From the NCBI GenBank assembly GCA_963735395.1, contig CAVTKV010000015.1:2858-66857 (forward strand): a stretch of DNA of 64,000 nucleotides. Reading direction: 5' to 3'. The position numbers and the translations under genes are program-made. Origin of the DNA: an uncultured Acidimicrobiales bacterium (GTDB lineage: Bacteria; Actinomycetota; Acidimicrobiia; Acidimicrobiales; VFJN01). Below, piece after piece: positions 62,280-64,000 of this stretch. The notes below the pieces were generated by a model. It saw only the letters and a list, made by a program, of their open reading frames with translations. It was not told where the DNA came from and made no database searches. The number at the start of each line of letters is the position of its first letter. Position 1 is the stretch's first letter.

Positions 62280-63020
62280 ATGTCGAGGGCGGTGGATGCG
62301 ACGATCGGGCGGCGACCCGGCTGGCCGGCATGGCGGCGGCTGGTCGCGGCCGGGCGTGGGCTCGCTCACCGATTGGGCCCCGCGGCGCCGCGGTCGCGGC
62401 GGGGCGTCCGGCGGGTGGTCGTGGTGCACAGCGACATCGTGTCTTCGACGCACCTGCTCGAGGCCGCAGGCCCCGACTACCCGGGCCTGCTGCTGCGCCA
62501 CCGCGCGCTGATCGCGGCGGCCGTCGTGCGGCGGGGCGGCGAGTTCCTGTCCCACGCCGGCGACGGCACGCTGGCGGTGTTCGACCGGGCCGACGGGGCC
62601 CTGCTCGCCTCGGTCGAGGCGCAGCGTGCCCTCGCCGCCGAGCCGTGGCCCGAGGGCCGGGTCCCCCGGGTGCGGATGGGCGTGCACGTGGGCGACATCT
62701 TCGAGATCGAGGGCGAGCCGGTCGGGCTCGTCATCAACCACGGGGCCCGCATCATGTCCGCGGCCCAGCCGGGCCAGGTGATGCTGTCGGCCGCCGCCGC
62801 CGAGGCCGCCACGTGCGACGGCCGGCCCCGGGTCGGCGGGTTCTCGGTGGCGGACGCCGGTTGGCACGCGCTGCGCGACCACGCCGGGCCCGTGCGGCTG
62901 CGCCAGGTCGTCGCGGACGGGCTGACGGTGGTGCTGCCCGAGAGCGGCCACACCATCGACCTGACGGCCGGGACCGACCGGGCGGCCGACGTCGAGGCCT
63001 TGCTGGACGGCGCCACCTGA
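62280..63020 (+). CDS. Class III adenylate/guanylate cyclase catalytic-domain protein
   Basis: In frame within ORF 61710..63020, from ATG 62280. Contains VVVVHSDIVSSTHLLE, SHAGDGTLAVF, VRMGVHVGD and GLVINHGARIMSAAQPGQVMLS. Confidence 0.8.
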   Translation: MSRAVDATIGRRPGWPAWRRLVAAGRGLAHRLGPAAPRSRRGVRRVVVVHSDIVSSTHLLEAAGPDYPGLLLRHRALIAAAVVRRGGEFLSHAGDGTLAVFDRADGALLASVEAQRALAAEPWPEGRVPRVRMGVHVGDIFEIEGEPVGLVINHGARIMSAAQPGQVMLSAAAAEAATCDGRPRVGGFSVADAGWHALRDHAGPVRLRQVVADGLTVVLPESGHTIDLTAGTDRAADVEALLDGAT

Positions 63021-63079
63021 CGTCGGGCCCGTACCGAGTCGTCGAGCGGAGGCGGCCCTGCCGTCGTACGCTGCCGGCT

Positions 63080-63565
63080 GTGGCACGCATCGAATTTCCT
63101 GAACGCGGGTTCGGCGAGCACGTCGACTGGGCGCTGCTGCGCCCGCAGATGGCCGCCGGCATGGGCGCGCTGTCCGAGGCCGTGTATGGCAACACCCGCC
63201 TGGCGCTGCGCGAGCGCGAGGCCGCCCGGTGGACGATCGCCCTGATCAACGACTGTGTCGTGTGCCAGGACACGCGGGCGCGCGACGGCGAGGCGGCCGG
63301 CGTCGACGAGGGCTTCTACACGCAGGTCGCCGACTGGCGGTCCGGCAACGAGCTGAGTGACCGCGAGCGCCTGGCCGCCGAGTTCGCGCAGCGGTTCGCG
63401 CTCGACCACCAGGCCATGGACGACGAGTTCTGGTCTCGTCTGCGGGCGGCGTTCGCCGACGACGAGGTGGCCGACCTGACGATGTGCTGCGGCATGTTCC
63501 TCGGCCTGGGCCGGGCGCTCGCCGTCGTGGGGGTCGAGGCCCCCGAGGAGCGCATCCTGATCTGA
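63080..63565 (+). CDS. Carboxymuconolactone decarboxylase (AhpD-like) family protein
   Basis: In frame within ORF 62144..63565, with a tentative GTG at 63080. Contains LREREAARWTIALINDCVVCQD (CxxC) and DRERLAAEFAQRF. Confidence 0.7.
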   Translation: MARIEFPERGFGEHVDWALLRPQMAAGMGALSEAVYGNTRLALREREAARWTIALINDCVVCQDTRARDGEAAGVDEGFYTQVADWRSGNELSDRERLAAEFAQRFALDHQAMDDEFWSRLRAAFADDEVADLTMCCGMFLGLGRALAVVGVEAPEERILI

Positions 63566-63675
63566 CGGCCGCCGCGCCGGGGTCGCTCAAACCGGCTCGA
63601 ACAAGGCGGTGGGTCGCGCCGAGCATCGGCGGCCCGCCCACGCGGACCGCGGGTGTCAGGGCGGTTGACCTGCGG

Positions 63676-63745
63676 TGGAAGCGGTTCCATTGACAGAGTG
63701 ACGCTCGACACATATCGTGCGACCCAGTGAGTGGAAGCGGTTCCA
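63676..63745. promoter_or_regulatory. Two identical LacI-type operator palindromes flanking a near-consensus promoter
   Basis: TGGAAGCGGTTCCA occurs at 63676-63689 and 63732-63745. Between them are TTGACA (63690-63695), a 17-nt spacer and TATCGT (63713-63718). Confidence 0.6.
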
Positions 63746-63789
63746 CGACCGCACACGGGTCGTCATCAGGGCCACGGGAGGGGAGGGGG

Positions 63790-64000
63790 GTGGTCACGAT
63801 CGCTGACGTCGCAGCGCACGCGGGAGTGGGCGCAGGCACCGTCTCTCGGGTGCTCAACGACAGCCCTCGCGTCAGCGAGAGCACCCGGGCCCGGGTGCTG
63901 GCGGCCATCGAGGTGCTCGACTACCGCCCCAACCCGCTGGCGCAGGGCCTCAGCCGCGGGCGCTGCCAGACGCTGGGTGCGGTCGTGCCCTTCTTCACGC
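63790..64000 (+). CDS. LacI-family transcriptional regulator, N-terminal part (runs off the right edge)
   Basis: My translation from GTG 63790 (after GGGAGG) gives VVTIADVAAHAGVGAGTVSRVLNDSPRVSESTRARVLAAIEVLDYRPNPLAQGLS. Confidence 0.85.
   Translation, partial: MVTIADVAAHAGVGAGTVSRVLNDSPRVSESTRARVLAAIEVLDYRPNPLAQGLSRGRCQTLGAVVPFFT

Noticed and set aside
1-64000. Prophage, integrative element or IS content as an explanation for the gene disruptions
   Set aside because: No integrase, transposase, recombinase, terminal inverted repeats of an IS, or phage structural genes were recognisable in any frame. The disruptions look like point indels and simple deletions.

Overview
High-GC (by eye about 70 percent or more) Actinomycetota-type chromosomal DNA, gene-dense on both strands. 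I can support about 70 protein-coding loci. I saw no rRNA, tRNA, CRISPR array, transposase or integrase. Most genes are small redox or detox enzymes (five VOC/glyoxalase genes, NTF2-like, PPOX, an F420-type oxidoreductase, alpha/beta hydrolases, MBL-fold), usually next to a one-component regulator (TetR x4, AraC x2, LysR, ArsR/MarR x2, LacI, XRE). rarA and coaX are also present. Multi-gene units: a conservon cvnA-D (23464-26925); an ArsR / small membrane protein / kinase-less sensor-domain protein / FtsX-type ABC operon (38488-43298); MoxR-VWA (59273-62026) beside a GAF regulator and a class III cyclase; TetR/cupin/MFS; a Rieske fusion/TetR/diiron protein group; and XRE-DUF397. Unusual points: (1) many disrupted genes, with about ten single-base frame changes, several visibly at short G/C runs, plus seven truncated or internally deleted remnants; (2) a 61-bp tandem duplication at the moxR-VWA junction that creates a chain of overlapping ATGCNTGA stop/start junctions; (3) an 840-bp non-coding, hairpin-rich region upstream of a secreted-protein gene; (4) in-frame micro-repeat tracts in several genes. 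Because of the GC content, most long ORFs in the six-frame track are spurious. I chose calls from protein-like composition, motifs recognised by eye, third-position GC, SD sequences and start/stop coupling. No database search was run, so all family names are motif-level inferences.
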